Assembly (NCBI GenBank): GCA_964579125.1
Contig: CAZOFG010000002.1
Coordinates: forward strand, 4,891 to 68,890
From: an uncultured Halobacteriales archaeon
GTDB taxonomy: Archaea > Halobacteriota > Halobacteria > Halobacteriales > SKSH01
Length of the DNA stretch: 64,000 nt
Direction of reading: 5' to 3'
In this document: positions 35,974 through 46,122 of the stretch, piece by piece
Numbering within the stretch: the first letter of the stretch is position 1
Layout: the number at the start of each line of letters is the position of its first letter
Translations under genes and position numbers: made by a program
The notes under the pieces: model-generated
The model's database searches: none
Told to the model about the DNA's origin: nothing
What the model saw: only the letters and a program-made list of their open reading frames with translations

Positions 35974-36879
35974 TTAGAGCTGGCGCAGGCGTTGGATGCG
36001 TTTCTCGGCTGGGGGGTGGGTCGCGAAGATCGATTGCAGGAGGCCGTGTTCGGTGTCGAAGATGCACAACGCGGAAATGTTGTCATTCACGACCTGGTTA
36101 CCGCCCGGCCCAGCGGATTGCGGACCCGATTGGCCGCCACGTTGTCTAGATTTGCGTTGCTGTTTGGCCTGCTTGGCCGCCTGCTCGTTGCCGCGTTGAA
36201 TCTTCTCAAGCGCTCGCGCAAGTGGTTCGCCGGAGCCGATCGCCTCCGCCGCATCGCTGTCGGCGACGTACTCGCGATAGCGAGAGATAGCGAGGACGAA
36301 GACCATCACGAGCATCTGAGCGAGGGACCCGGCGATCCAGGCGAGGAAGTACGCCCCGATGTTTCGGCGGCCGCCAAAGATCATCGCATATGTTACCACC
36401 ATCCCGACGAGGGCGGCGATGCTTTGCCCGAGGACCATCATCACCACGTCCCGGTTGCGAACGTGCGCAAGTTCGTGGGCCAAGACGCCTTTGAGCTCCT
36501 CATGGTCGAGGGTATCCATGAGCTCTTGGGAGACGACCACCGTTCCGGCCCCTTTGCGCCCCACCGCAAACGCGTTCGGCACACCCATTTGGGCAACCAT
36601 CAGTCGAGGTTTCGGGACGTCCATCTCTCGACTCAATTCATCGACGGCACGATTCAAGTCGGGGTAGGATCCGTCATCCGCGTCCTCGGCGTTGACGCTT
36701 TTGAGAGCGGCCCATTTGCCGAACTTCCACTGAAACCCGACGAAGCCGAGCGTAATCAGCGCGACGAGCCACAGCGGAAACCCAGCGATGAACATGGCCA
36801 TCGCCACGAGCAGGTAAAACGCGAACAGGATACTGCCCGCAATGGCCATTCGTATGAGCAATCCGGTGTGCGATACCAT
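35974..36879 (-). CDS. htpX: zinc metalloprotease HtpX (M48)
   Basis: HELAHVRNRD zinc motif and N-terminal TM helices. ATG 36877-36879. The GTG at 36915 in the track is less likely. Confidence 0.85.
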   Translation of the reverse strand: MVSHTGLLIRMAIAGSILFAFYLLVAMAMFIAGFPLWLVALITLGFVGFQWKFGKWAALKSVNAEDADDGSYPDLNRAVDELSREMDVPKPRLMVAQMGVPNAFAVGRKGAGTVVVSQELMDTLDHEELKGVLAHELAHVRNRDVVMMVLGQSIAALVGMVVTYAMIFGGRRNIGAYFLAWIAGSLAQMLVMVFVLAISRYREYVADSDAAEAIGSGEPLARALEKIQRGNEQAAKQAKQQRKSRQRGGQSGPQSAGPGGNQVVNDNISALCIFDTEHGLLQSIFATHPPAEKRIQRLRQL

Positions 36880-36901
36880 ATGGGGAGATTTAGCGACCGC
36901 C

Positions 36902-36913
36902 AATAGATAAATC
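36902..36913 (-). promoter_or_regulatory. TATA box of htpX
   Basis: GATTTATCTATT on the minus strand, about 30 nt upstream of ATG 36879. Confidence 0.35.
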
Positions 36914-36921
36914 ACGCGCCA

Positions 36922-38331
36922 CTAATCGGATGGCGACACGTCGTCTGCGACGTCTCTGGCGAGCGTCGATGCATCACCGAGATACGTCGTTGGTCCGAGC
37001 GCTTCCAAGCGATCGGCCAGCTCCGGGGCCTCCGCGCGGATCTCCTCGATGATAGTATCGAACGTATCGTCATCGACGTGTTGGCCCCGGGTGGCCGTCT
37101 TCACACGCTCGTACGCCTCTGGATCACCGATTCGGCGGAGGGCTGTTTGGATTGCTTCCGCGAGGACGGCCGGTTCGCGCTCGAGGTCTTCGCGCATCAC
37201 CTCGTCCCGTGGCGCAACCGTCTCGAGTCCGGCGCTGGTTTTGACGAAGCCGAGGTAGCTGTGCCCGAGGGCCGTCCCGATCGTTCGTTTGACGGTCGAA
37301 TCCGAGAGGTCCCGTTGGAGTCTGCTGGTCGCAAGGTAGTCGGCGAGAAAGCGTAACTCGCTCCGGGCTCGTTCGAGGTTGCCTTCGCTGTTTTCGAAAT
37401 CGATCGGGTTGACTTTGTGCGGCATCGTCGAGCTCCCGACTTCGTCTTCAGCGACGGATTGGCCCAGATACCCGTCGCTGACGTAGCGCCAGAGATCACG
37501 ATCGAGATCGAGGATGACGCCGCATGCACCAGCGAGTGCATCGAAGAGCGCGCCGAGGTCGTCGGCTGGATTGACTTGTGTCGTCCGTGGCAGATACTCT
37601 AACTCGAAGGACTCAACGAATTCACGGGCAAAGTCACGCCATTCGATCGACGGTTCGGCGATGGCATGGGCCGCGAGGGTACCACTCGCGCCACCGAGTT
37701 TCCCCTGTAACTCCGCTGTCGCCCGGTCAATGCGATTGAGGGCGTGCTCGAGTCGGTCCGCAAAGACGGCGAGTTCCTTCCCGTACGTCGTGGGGGTCGC
37801 CGGTTGCCCGTGGGTGCGTGCAAGCATTGGAACGTCGGCATGGGCGGTGGCCCCAGTCGCGAGTTCCGCGTGAATCGTCGATAGCTCTGGCCGCACGACG
37901 TCGGAGACGGCGCCTCGAACGAGGAGCCGATACGCCAGATTGTTGACGTCTTCGCTGGTGAGGCCGAAATGGATAAACGGGATCGCGTCAGAGAGGCCGA
38001 GTTCTCGGCACTGATCGCGCAGCCAATACTCGACGGCCTTGACGTCGTGATTGGTCGCCGGGTAGCGCTCGGTTCCCTCCGTTTCGATCCGTTTGACGCG
38101 TTCGGCATCGCTATCGTCGAAGGTGTCGTAACACTGCCGAAGCGTGTCGCGTTCGGCGGGGGCGATCTCCAGCGGGAGGGCTGAGAGCTCGCTTAAGGCG
38201 ATGAGGTATTCGATTTCGACACGCGTTCTCGCTCGAATCAGGGCACCCTCGGAGGCGTATGCTCGCAATGGGTCTAACAGGTCGGCATAGCGACCATCGA
38301 GTGGCGAAATGGCGGCAAGCGGCGCCGGCAT
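36922..38331 (-). CDS. purB: adenylosuccinate lyase
   Basis: ISPLDGRY N-terminus and SSTMPHKVNP fumarate-lyase signature. 470 aa from ATG 38329-38331. Confidence 0.9.
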   Translation of the reverse strand: MPAPLAAISPLDGRYADLLDPLRAYASEGALIRARTRVEIEYLIALSELSALPLEIAPAERDTLRQCYDTFDDSDAERVKRIETEGTERYPATNHDVKAVEYWLRDQCRELGLSDAIPFIHFGLTSEDVNNLAYRLLVRGAVSDVVRPELSTIHAELATGATAHADVPMLARTHGQPATPTTYGKELAVFADRLEHALNRIDRATAELQGKLGGASGTLAAHAIAEPSIEWRDFAREFVESFELEYLPRTTQVNPADDLGALFDALAGACGVILDLDRDLWRYVSDGYLGQSVAEDEVGSSTMPHKVNPIDFENSEGNLERARSELRFLADYLATSRLQRDLSDSTVKRTIGTALGHSYLGFVKTSAGLETVAPRDEVMREDLEREPAVLAEAIQTALRRIGDPEAYERVKTATRGQHVDDDTFDTIIEEIRAEAPELADRLEALGPTTYLGDASTLARDVADDVSPSD

Positions 38332-38424
38332 GGCTGGGTCTGCTCGGTGCAGGCTAATGGTCGTTTGGTTCCAATCGATTGGATGGATCGCAACTACTAA
38401 CCCGAGGCTCGCCGCGGCAGTACC

Positions 38425-40002
38425 ATGGTCACGATCGCGGGGTTCGCGAGCAATCGCGGCCGAAACCTCCGCAATCTCGCCGACCGACAACCTGGTGGCG
38501 CCAGACTCGGTGTCGTGGTGTCGGATCAGGCTGACGCGCCAGTCCTCACGGCGGCAGCGGAACGCGGGATCCCGACACTCTCGGTTGAACCACACGAGGA
38601 GGAGTCAAAGCGCTCCCACGAAACGCGCATTCTGGATGCACTCGAGCCGTATGATATCGATCTCGTCTGCCTCGATGGCTACATGCGCATTCTTTCGCCC
38701 GAGCTATTGGATGCGCTGCCGACCGCGTTGAACGTCCATCCCTCCTTGTTGCCCTCCTTCAAGGGTGCTGACGCGTGGGGCGATGCACTCGATGCCGGTG
38801 TTCGATTGAGCGGGTGTACGGTGCACATCGTCACTGAGGAGGTCGATGCCGGTCCAATCGTCACGCAAGAAGCGATCCCGGTGCGTCCCGACGACACTCG
38901 AGAGCAACTCAAAGAGCGAATTCTCTACGAGGGTGAGTTCAAAGCGTATCCTCGGGCAGTACGATGGTTCGCCGAGGATCTCGTTTCAGTAGCCGACGAT
39001 CGCCAGGCGGTGCACTTTGCCTTTCAGAAGGACGCCTTCGAGCCCGTCGCCAGGACCAGCGAGGATCGTGGTCGCCCGCTTCGATACGGCGAGAATCCCC
39101 ATCAAGACGCCGCCGTCTATACGGATGCAACGCGCGATCCAGTGAGTGTCGCCGAGGCCACGGAGTTGAATCCAGACGCGAAGGCGCTGTCGTTCAACAA
39201 CCTCAACGACGCCGATGGCGCGTATCGCATCCCGCGAGGCTTCGAGGCGCCGACCGCGGCCGTCATCAAACACGCGAATCCGGCCGGGGTCGCGAGCGCC
39301 GATTCGATCGAACAGGCCTACGAGCGAGCGTTGGCGACCGATCCAATGAGCGCGTTTGGCGGTATCGTCGCGCTCAACCGACCCTGCGACGACGCGACAG
39401 CGTCAGCCATCACCGACTCGTTCAAGGAGGTCGTCATTGCCCCCGCCTATACTGATGAGGCGCTTGAGACGCTTCGTGCACGTTCGTCCTTGCGCATCCT
39501 CGAACCGCCAACCAGAGATCGTGACCTCGGTCTGGATCGACGCTCGATTTTGGGGGGAACGCTCGTGCAAGAATGGGACACCCTCGAACTCACGGCTGAG
39601 GACCTAGACATCCCGACGCAGACGGCTCCCACCGATGCCCAGATCCGCGCCATGCTGTTTGCCTGGTCGGTGGCGAAACACGCCGCCTCGAATGCGATCG
39701 TGCTGGCGACCGACAGTGAAACAGTCGGCATCGGCCAAGGTCAAGTATCCCGGGTTGACGCGGTAGAGTTGGCTGTGAAGAAAGCGCGCGAACACGCCGA
39801 GGGTAAAGGGCCGGAAGGGGCCGTCCTCGCCAGTGATGGGTTCTTCCCGTTTCCGGACGGAATCGAAGCCGGCATTGAAGCCGGCGTCGAAGCGGTGATC
39901 CAACCCGGTGGGTCGAAAAACGACGACAAAGTCATCGCGGCGGCCGACGAACATGGCGTGCCCATGGCCTTCACTGGCCATCGGTGTTTCCGGCACCGCT
40001 GA
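38425..40002 (+). CDS. purNH: fused GAR formyltransferase (PurN) / AICAR formyltransferase (PurH transformylase domain)
   Basis: N-terminal formyl-transferase motifs (NVHPSLLP, GCTVHIVTEEVDAGPI). C-terminal AICARFT pattern (AVIKHANPAG, QPGGSKND). No MGS-like IMP cyclohydrolase domain. Confidence 0.85.
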   Translation: MVTIAGFASNRGRNLRNLADRQPGGARLGVVVSDQADAPVLTAAAERGIPTLSVEPHEEESKRSHETRILDALEPYDIDLVCLDGYMRILSPELLDALPTALNVHPSLLPSFKGADAWGDALDAGVRLSGCTVHIVTEEVDAGPIVTQEAIPVRPDDTREQLKERILYEGEFKAYPRAVRWFAEDLVSVADDRQAVHFAFQKDAFEPVARTSEDRGRPLRYGENPHQDAAVYTDATRDPVSVAEATELNPDAKALSFNNLNDADGAYRIPRGFEAPTAAVIKHANPAGVASADSIEQAYERALATDPMSAFGGIVALNRPCDDATASAITDSFKEVVIAPAYTDEALETLRARSSLRILEPPTRDRDLGLDRRSILGGTLVQEWDTLELTAEDLDIPTQTAPTDAQIRAMLFAWSVAKHAASNAIVLATDSETVGIGQGQVSRVDAVELAVKKAREHAEGKGPEGAVLASDGFFPFPDGIEAGIEAGVEAVIQPGGSKNDDKVIAAADEHGVPMAFTGHRCFRHR

Positions 40003-40043
40003 CACTCCGTTACCCTCATACTACTTCGCTGGCTGCCCGGCAT

Positions 40044-42467
40044 ATGGAATATCGGCGGGCGCTGGAGCGGTTGTACGATCTGCGGCAGTTTGCGTACGAG
40101 CCCGGTATCGACCGAACAGTCGCCATTCTGTCCGAACTCGATGATCCTCATCACAACTACGAGACGGTCCAAATTGCGGGGACGAACGGCAAAGGGTCAG
40201 CTGCTGCGATGACGGCGTCGATCCTCCAGGCCGCCGGGTACTCTGTCGGACTGTATACTTCGCCCCATCTCGAGGACGTCCGCGAACGCATCCGTGTGGA
40301 TGGCCGGCGCATTACGAAGGCGGCCATTGGACGCTTTATGGATCGGACTGAGACGTTTTTGGACGACGCAGGGGCCGACGGGAGCCCGCCAACGTTCTTC
40401 GAGGGGATCACGGCGATGGCGCTGTGGTATTTCGACGAACGAGACGTCGATATCGCGATCCTCGAGGTCGGCATCGGAGGTCGCTACGACGCAACGAGCG
40501 TTGTTGATCCCGACGCCGCGGCGATCACGTCGGTCGATCTCGAACACACCGATCTCCTCGGCTCAAGCCGATCCGAGATCGCTACCGACATGGTCGCCGT
40601 CGCCCCCGATACCGGGCCATTCGTTACCGGCGCGAGCGGCGAGGCCTTGACAGCGATCGAGGAAACCACCTCGCCGGTGACAGTCGGCGACAGGACCGAC
40701 GCCGATGTCATCGTCCGATACGACGGACTGGATGACCACCTCGAGGCCCACGCGACCATCGAGGATGATACCGCCCTCGCGGTCACACTGCCACTATTGG
40801 GACCTGCCCAATCGCTCAACGCTGGTGTGGCAGCGACGCTTTGCCGATCGGGATGGGCCGTGACGGACGAGGATATCGCCCAGGGGATACACGGGGTCGA
40901 GTGGCCCGGTCGAACCGAAATCGCACAGCGGGAGCCGCTGGTCATGCTCGATGGCGCACATAACCCGGCGGCTGGTGCAGCACTCACGCAGGTTATCGAG
41001 GAGCTTCCGCACGAAACGGTTCATTTGGTCCTCGGAATCATGGAGGACAAACCTGTGGCGGACATCGTCGATGCCTTACCCACACCCACGACAGCCGTTG
41101 CGTGCCAGCCGACCGTGCAACGATCGGCTCCCGTCGAGGTGGTCGCTACCGCCCTAGAGCGGACCGGCGTGTCCGAGGTTACCCGCGAGCGGGGCGTTGA
41201 GGCCGCCCTCGAACGCGCACTCGAACGAGCAGGACCTGATGCGTGTGTCCTCGTCACGGGATCGTTGTATACTGTGGGCGAGGCGCGCCGACGATACTCG
41301 CGGTATGTACTCGGCCGGCCCCTGACATCCACTGCGGATGTCGCGAGTCGCCTCGGCCGTGCCGACATCGCTGACACTGACATCGAGCGCTTCGCCCGGT
41401 CGGGCAGTCACGAAACGATTCACCTCCAGTTGCGGGAGCGCCAGGCGGCACTCCTTGAGGAGGAACTCCTCCGCGTGGGTGGCGAATGCGTCACGGCCGG
41501 TGACGGTTCGACAGCGGGGGCGCTCGTCGATGTCGTCTGTATGGCGACGACCGACGAGTACGACCGTCTCATTGCTGCACTCGACGCTCGATCTGCGGGC
41601 GTGGCCGGCGTGGCCACGGCGCTTCGCTCCCATCTAAGCCTCGAGGACGACTCGGACGCCGCCAGCTGGCCATGGGAGCGCGACCCGGTCATCATGGGTG
41701 TCCTGAACGTCACCCCGGACAGCTTCCATGACGGGGGCGAATACCTGGATCCCACCGAAGCGATCGAGCGCGCTCGTGCGATGGTTGACGCGGGCGCGGG
41801 CATCATCGATGTGGGCGGTGAGAGCACTCGGCCCGGCGGTGACCCGATCGATGCCGCGATTGAGTTGGATCGCGTTCGTCCGGTCATCGATGGACTGTCC
41901 GGACTCGAGGTGCCGATTTCGATCGATACCCGGAAGGCTTCCGTAGCGCGCGAGTGCCTGGCGGCCGGCGCGGACCTTATCAACGACGTCTCGGGCCTAT
42001 CGGATCCGGCCATGCCTCGCGTCGCTGCGGAGACGGGGGCACCCCTGATTCTGATGCATAGTCAGTCAACACCGGTCGACCCCACGGTCGATCCGGAGTA
42101 CGATGATGTGGTCGCCGACGTGGCTCATGGGCTCCATCGCCTGGTGCAACGCTGTCGCTCGGCCGGCATTGATCGAGATCACCTCATTCTCGATCCGGGT
42201 ATCGGCTTCGGAAAGACCCCCAGCGAGAACTTCGAGTTGTTGGATCGCCTCGAAGAGCTTGCCGGCTTAGGGTTTCCGCTGTTGGTCGGACATTCTCACA
42301 AGTCGCTGTTTTCTCAAATCGATCGGGGGCCCGAAGACCGCCTGGCCCCGACGATCGCCGGCACCGCGTTGGCCGTCGATCGCGGCGCCGATATCGTCCG
42401 CGTCCACGATGTCGAGGAGAACCTCGCGGCCCTCGAGACGGCACTTACTCGCCGGACCCAGACGTGA
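40044..42467 (+). CDS. folCP: fused folylpolyglutamate synthase / dihydropteroate synthase
   Basis: Mur-ligase P-loop GTNGKGS at the N-terminus. C-terminal pterin-binding domain (GILNVTPDSFHDGG, IIDVGGESTRPG). 807 aa from ATG 40044. Confidence 0.85.
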   Translation: MEYRRALERLYDLRQFAYEPGIDRTVAILSELDDPHHNYETVQIAGTNGKGSAAAMTASILQAAGYSVGLYTSPHLEDVRERIRVDGRRITKAAIGRFMDRTETFLDDAGADGSPPTFFEGITAMALWYFDERDVDIAILEVGIGGRYDATSVVDPDAAAITSVDLEHTDLLGSSRSEIATDMVAVAPDTGPFVTGASGEALTAIEETTSPVTVGDRTDADVIVRYDGLDDHLEAHATIEDDTALAVTLPLLGPAQSLNAGVAATLCRSGWAVTDEDIAQGIHGVEWPGRTEIAQREPLVMLDGAHNPAAGAALTQVIEELPHETVHLVLGIMEDKPVADIVDALPTPTTAVACQPTVQRSAPVEVVATALERTGVSEVTRERGVEAALERALERAGPDACVLVTGSLYTVGEARRRYSRYVLGRPLTSTADVASRLGRADIADTDIERFARSGSHETIHLQLRERQAALLEEELLRVGGECVTAGDGSTAGALVDVVCMATTDEYDRLIAALDARSAGVAGVATALRSHLSLEDDSDAASWPWERDPVIMGVLNVTPDSFHDGGEYLDPTEAIERARAMVDAGAGIIDVGGESTRPGGDPIDAAIELDRVRPVIDGLSGLEVPISIDTRKASVARECLAAGADLINDVSGLSDPAMPRVAAETGAPLILMHSQSTPVDPTVDPEYDDVVADVAHGLHRLVQRCRSAGIDRDHLILDPGIGFGKTPSENFELLDRLEELAGLGFPLLVGHSHKSLFSQIDRGPEDRLAPTIAGTALAVDRGADIVRVHDVEENLAALETALTRRTQT

Positions 42468-43491
42468 TATCGCGGTAGAGGCCGGTGAGATTCTCTACCA
42501 CCACCGAAGGTTCGTACTGGGAGAACTCACTGCGATCCGTCCGAGATGGCTCCTCGGCGATCGCCGTGATCGCATCGGCCAGTTCCTCTGGGGTCGAAAT
42601 AAGCTCACCGTGGCCGTGTCGCTCGATGACCTCGTGGGCACTCGAGCGTTGCTGGTATTGGACGATCCCTTTGCACCCGGCAGCCATCGCCTGGACGAGG
42701 TCCGTCGGAAACGGACACTCGGGATCGGTTTGCACGTACGTCGACGCCCCTCGATAGGCAGCGATGCGGTCACGAGGCGTGCTGTGTGCTCGGATCGTCA
42801 CGCGATCTTCGATACCGAGGGCGCGTGCCTGTTCGGCGATCGGTCCCGTGGGATTCGCATCAAAGACGGCTGCTCGCCACCGATGATCTCGAAGTTCTGC
42901 CAGGCCGAGCAGAATGATCTCGCTCGCATCGGCGGTGGGGGCGGTGTGGCGCCAGACGATATCAGCCCGGTCATCCGGGACGACTCGATCGATCGCGTCG
43001 ATCGGTACTGGGTCCGGTATCAGGCGAAAGTTCCCCGTCACACCAGCTTCGCGGAGCGCCGTCTTGACTGCCACGGATGGGGCGATGATGTGCTCGAGTC
43101 GACGCCGTGCCCACTGGGGGATGCGTCCGGTAGATGCGATTGGCGCATCGAACTCGGCGGCTTCGTAAACGACACCCGCATTCCGGAGTCGCGCTGCAAC
43201 TCCAGCTGCGAGGGTCACCTGTGGAGTCGTGCCTATGAGATGCACGAGTGACGGACGGGATCGAAGCACATGGCGAAATACCGTCCGTGGTCGAAGCCCC
43301 GTGTCACCGCCGGCGACGTGGCATGCGTGTGTATCAAAGAACCGGGATTGCGACGACTCCCACCAGCGGGGGGTCACGATCGTCGGGTTATGACCTTGTG
43401 CCACGAGCTCACCGATGATTCGATGGAGTCGCGTCGCCGCCCTGGTGGGGCCATGATATCGAGTCCGCTCCGCGACGACACAGACGTCCAT
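42445..43491 (-). CDS. glycosyltransferase (GT-B, family 4-like)
   Basis: 348 aa. C-terminal FPTDLVQAMAAGCKGIV nucleotide-sugar-binding pattern. The 3' end overlaps the folCP 3' end by 23 nt. Confidence 0.7.
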   Translation of the reverse strand: MDVCVVAERTRYHGPTRAATRLHRIIGELVAQGHNPTIVTPRWWESSQSRFFDTHACHVAGGDTGLRPRTVFRHVLRSRPSLVHLIGTTPQVTLAAGVAARLRNAGVVYEAAEFDAPIASTGRIPQWARRRLEHIIAPSVAVKTALREAGVTGNFRLIPDPVPIDAIDRVVPDDRADIVWRHTAPTADASEIILLGLAELRDHRWRAAVFDANPTGPIAEQARALGIEDRVTIRAHSTPRDRIAAYRGASTYVQTDPECPFPTDLVQAMAAGCKGIVQYQQRSSAHEVIERHGHGELISTPEELADAITAIAEEPSRTDRSEFSQYEPSVVVENLTGLYRDITSGSGE

Positions 43492-43536
43492 GTAAGCTCA
43501 CTTGCCCGAGACCCCTAAAAGAGTGCCCGATACTGG

Positions 43537-44595
43537 CTAAATGACGCCGGTTTCCGTGGCAACGCGACGCGCCGCTGACTCGCTAATACCATCGCCGAGG
43601 ATCGTATAGCGATCGCGGATCTCGTGAGCACTCGTCAGCGCGTCGATGATACGATCGGGTTCGAACCCGAGTTCCGCCGCGGTGGTCGGCGCGCCGATGA
43701 CGGCGAGCGCATCCCGAATGTCGCTCCAGGCGCCGTCCTCGCCCCAATGGAGGTAGGCGGTCATGATGGCCCCGACACCGACTTGATGGCCGTGGAGCGC
43801 AACATCGGGGGCCATCCGATCGAGTTGATGCGAAAAGAGATGTTCCGCACCGGATGCGGGTCGAGAACTGCCGGCGATGCTCATCGCGACTCCGCTTGAG
43901 ACGAGGGCCTTTGTGACGATCCAGGCCGAGCCTTCCAGCCCTTGTTTGATCGAGTCAGCTTCGGCGACGAGTAACTCCGCAGTCATCTCAGAGAGGGCGG
44001 CAGCGTACTCAGAGTAATCGACGTTTTTGAGGCGATGAGCGAGGCGCCAGTCAGTCACGGCTGTATAGTTGCTGATAATATCGGCCGACCCGGCCGTCGT
44101 CAACTCCCATGGTGCGTCGGCAATAATCTCGGTGTCGGCGACGACGGCTGTCGGCGGTCGTGCAGCCACTGAGTGGCGTCGGTCGCCCTGTGGGATCGAC
44201 GCTCGGCTGCTGACGATGCCATCGTGACTGGCCGCCGTCGGGACCGAGACGAAAGGAATCCCGTGTTCGTGACTGACGAGTTTGGTCACGTCGATCACCT
44301 TCCCACCACCGATCCCGAGCAAGACGGCTGGTTCGTGCGCCTCGATGGCCTCGTTAACGGTCTCGATACCCTCGGGTGAGGCGGCTTCGATGACGATTTC
44401 TTCGACCGAGCGATCCGCCTGGGCCAGTGTCTCCGCGATGTCCGTCCCCAGGACGGACCGCGGATGGGGGCTAGTGACGAGCAGAATTCGCCCTCGTGGG
44501 TGCAACTCATCGAGAACGGGGACGAGCTCGTCGCGGACCCCGTGGCCGATCAGTACTGAGCGGGGCCATCTGATCCACTTTCGCTTCTCGCTCAT
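43537..44595 (-). CDS. egsA: NAD(P)-dependent sn-glycerol-1-phosphate dehydrogenase
   Basis: GIGGGKVIDVTK and metal-binding His residues (EHLFSHQLD, HGHQVG). 352 aa from ATG 44593-44595. Confidence 0.85.
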   Translation of the reverse strand: MSEKRKWIRWPRSVLIGHGVRDELVPVLDELHPRGRILLVTSPHPRSVLGTDIAETLAQADRSVEEIVIEAASPEGIETVNEAIEAHEPAVLLGIGGGKVIDVTKLVSHEHGIPFVSVPTAASHDGIVSSRASIPQGDRRHSVAARPPTAVVADTEIIADAPWELTTAGSADIISNYTAVTDWRLAHRLKNVDYSEYAAALSEMTAELLVAEADSIKQGLEGSAWIVTKALVSSGVAMSIAGSSRPASGAEHLFSHQLDRMAPDVALHGHQVGVGAIMTAYLHWGEDGAWSDIRDALAVIGAPTTAAELGFEPDRIIDALTSAHEIRDRYTILGDGISESAARRVATETGVI

Positions 44596-44641
44596 TACTC
44601 CAGGCGTCGACGGGGGAGGCCTAAACGGTTCCCGTCCCGTC

Positions 44642-46099
44642 TCAGTAGTTTTTGGCGAAGTACGCAGTCGTCGTGGCCTCCTGGTTGCAGGCGAGACACT
44701 CGGGGCCAATGGGTTCGGTGTCGGGGTCGAGCGGAACCATCACGATATCGGCGGCGACGACGTCTTTCACCGGGGTTTCACAGTCTGGATCACCACACCA
44801 TGGGGCCTTTACGTAGCCGCCATCGCCCTCGATCGCCGCGATAACCTCCTCGACGGTCTCGGCCTCGTCGATCGCGTCCTCCAGGGCCGCCTCAGCGCGT
44901 TCATAGAGCTTGTCGTAGATGGCATCGAGATGTACATCGACGGCCTCGGTGAGCTCCGTTCGATCGATTTCTGCTCGCTCGCGGTCCGGACGATGGACGA
45001 GGGTGGCAACGTCGCTGTCGGCCTCGTCCGGCCCGATTTCGATCCTGAGGGGAACGCCATTGAGCTCGTGTTCGTTGAACTTGAAGCCCGGATTGCGCTC
45101 CTCGCGGTCATCGACGGTGACACGATAGCCAGCCGCCTCGAGGTCGTCTGCGATGTCCTCGGCGTAAGGTAAGACCGTGGTTCGGGTGTCCTCCTGCCAG
45201 ATCGGGACGACGGCCACCTGGGTGGGCGCGACGGGCGGCGGAGCGATGAGGCCTTGGTCGTCCCCGTGAGCCATGATCATCGCGCCGAGGGCCCGCCAGG
45301 AGAGGCCCCAGGACGTGGTGTGTGCGGTTCGTTCGCGTTCATCCTTGTCGACGTAGGTAATGTCGAACGCGTCGGCGAAGGTCGTCCCGAGGTAGTGACT
45401 CGTCCCACCCTGAACGCTCTTGCCGTCGGGCATCATCACCTCGACTGTCGTCGTGACCTCGGCGCCCGGGAACTTGTCGTGGTGGGGTTTTCGCCCGACG
45501 AGTTGTGGCAAGGCGAGCAACTCCTCGTACACGCGGGCGTACTGCTCGAGACGAGTCATCATCTCGTCACGGGCCTCCGCCTCGGTTTCGTGGGCGGTGT
45601 GGCCCTCCTGCCAGAGGAACTCCTTGGTGCGGAAGAACGGCTTCGTCTCGGTCGCTTCCCACCGAACGACCGAGCACCACTGATTGAGCTGGAGGGGCAG
45701 ATCGCGGTGACTGCGGGTCCACTGGGCCATAAACGGGGCGATGATACTCTCGGAGGTCGGGCGGACGGCGAGGCGTTCTGGGAGTTCTTCATAGCCGCCA
45801 TGGGTTACCCACGCGACCTCGGGATCGAACCCCTCGACGATCTCTTTCTCGCGTTCGAGGTGCCCTTCGGGGATGAACAGCGGGAAGTACGCGTTCGTCA
45901 CGCCCGTCTGTCGAAACCAGTCATCGAGCTGTGCCTGGATTTGTTCCCAGAGGGCATACCCACGGGGGCGCGTGACGATAAACCCGCCCATCGGGGCGTA
46001 ATCGGCCAATTTGGCCTTCTGGACCACTTCCGCATACCAGTCGCCGATGTTGTCCGCTTTGGACTCGGTGATGCCCAATTCCTGCTCGTGCTCGGCCAT
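44642..46099 (-). CDS. proS: proline--tRNA ligase
   Basis: Archaeal/eukaryote-type ProRS, 485 aa. Class II motifs (FRTKEFLWQEGHT) and C-terminal zinc-binding Cys cluster ending ...YFAKNY. Confidence 0.95.
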   Translation of the reverse strand: MAEHEQELGITESKADNIGDWYAEVVQKAKLADYAPMGGFIVTRPRGYALWEQIQAQLDDWFRQTGVTNAYFPLFIPEGHLEREKEIVEGFDPEVAWVTHGGYEELPERLAVRPTSESIIAPFMAQWTRSHRDLPLQLNQWCSVVRWEATETKPFFRTKEFLWQEGHTAHETEAEARDEMMTRLEQYARVYEELLALPQLVGRKPHHDKFPGAEVTTTVEVMMPDGKSVQGGTSHYLGTTFADAFDITYVDKDERERTAHTTSWGLSWRALGAMIMAHGDDQGLIAPPPVAPTQVAVVPIWQEDTRTTVLPYAEDIADDLEAAGYRVTVDDREERNPGFKFNEHELNGVPLRIEIGPDEADSDVATLVHRPDRERAEIDRTELTEAVDVHLDAIYDKLYERAEAALEDAIDEAETVEEVIAAIEGDGGYVKAPWCGDPDCETPVKDVVAADIVMVPLDPDTEPIGPECLACNQEATTTAYFAKNY

Positions 46100-46122
46100 A
46101 TCGGCGACTCGTGCAGGCGAGG

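Noticed and set aside
35911-36906. 331-aa plus-strand ORF antisense to htpX. Similar long shadows occur at 20321-21427 (dnaJ, alternative frame), 32132-33103 (antisense to the peptidase), 52831-53607 (antisense to the coiled-coil gene) and 48215-49000 (antisense to aCPSF1).
   Set aside because: Each overlaps a gene with diagnostic motifs and shows biased, low-complexity or basic composition inconsistent with the acidic proteome.
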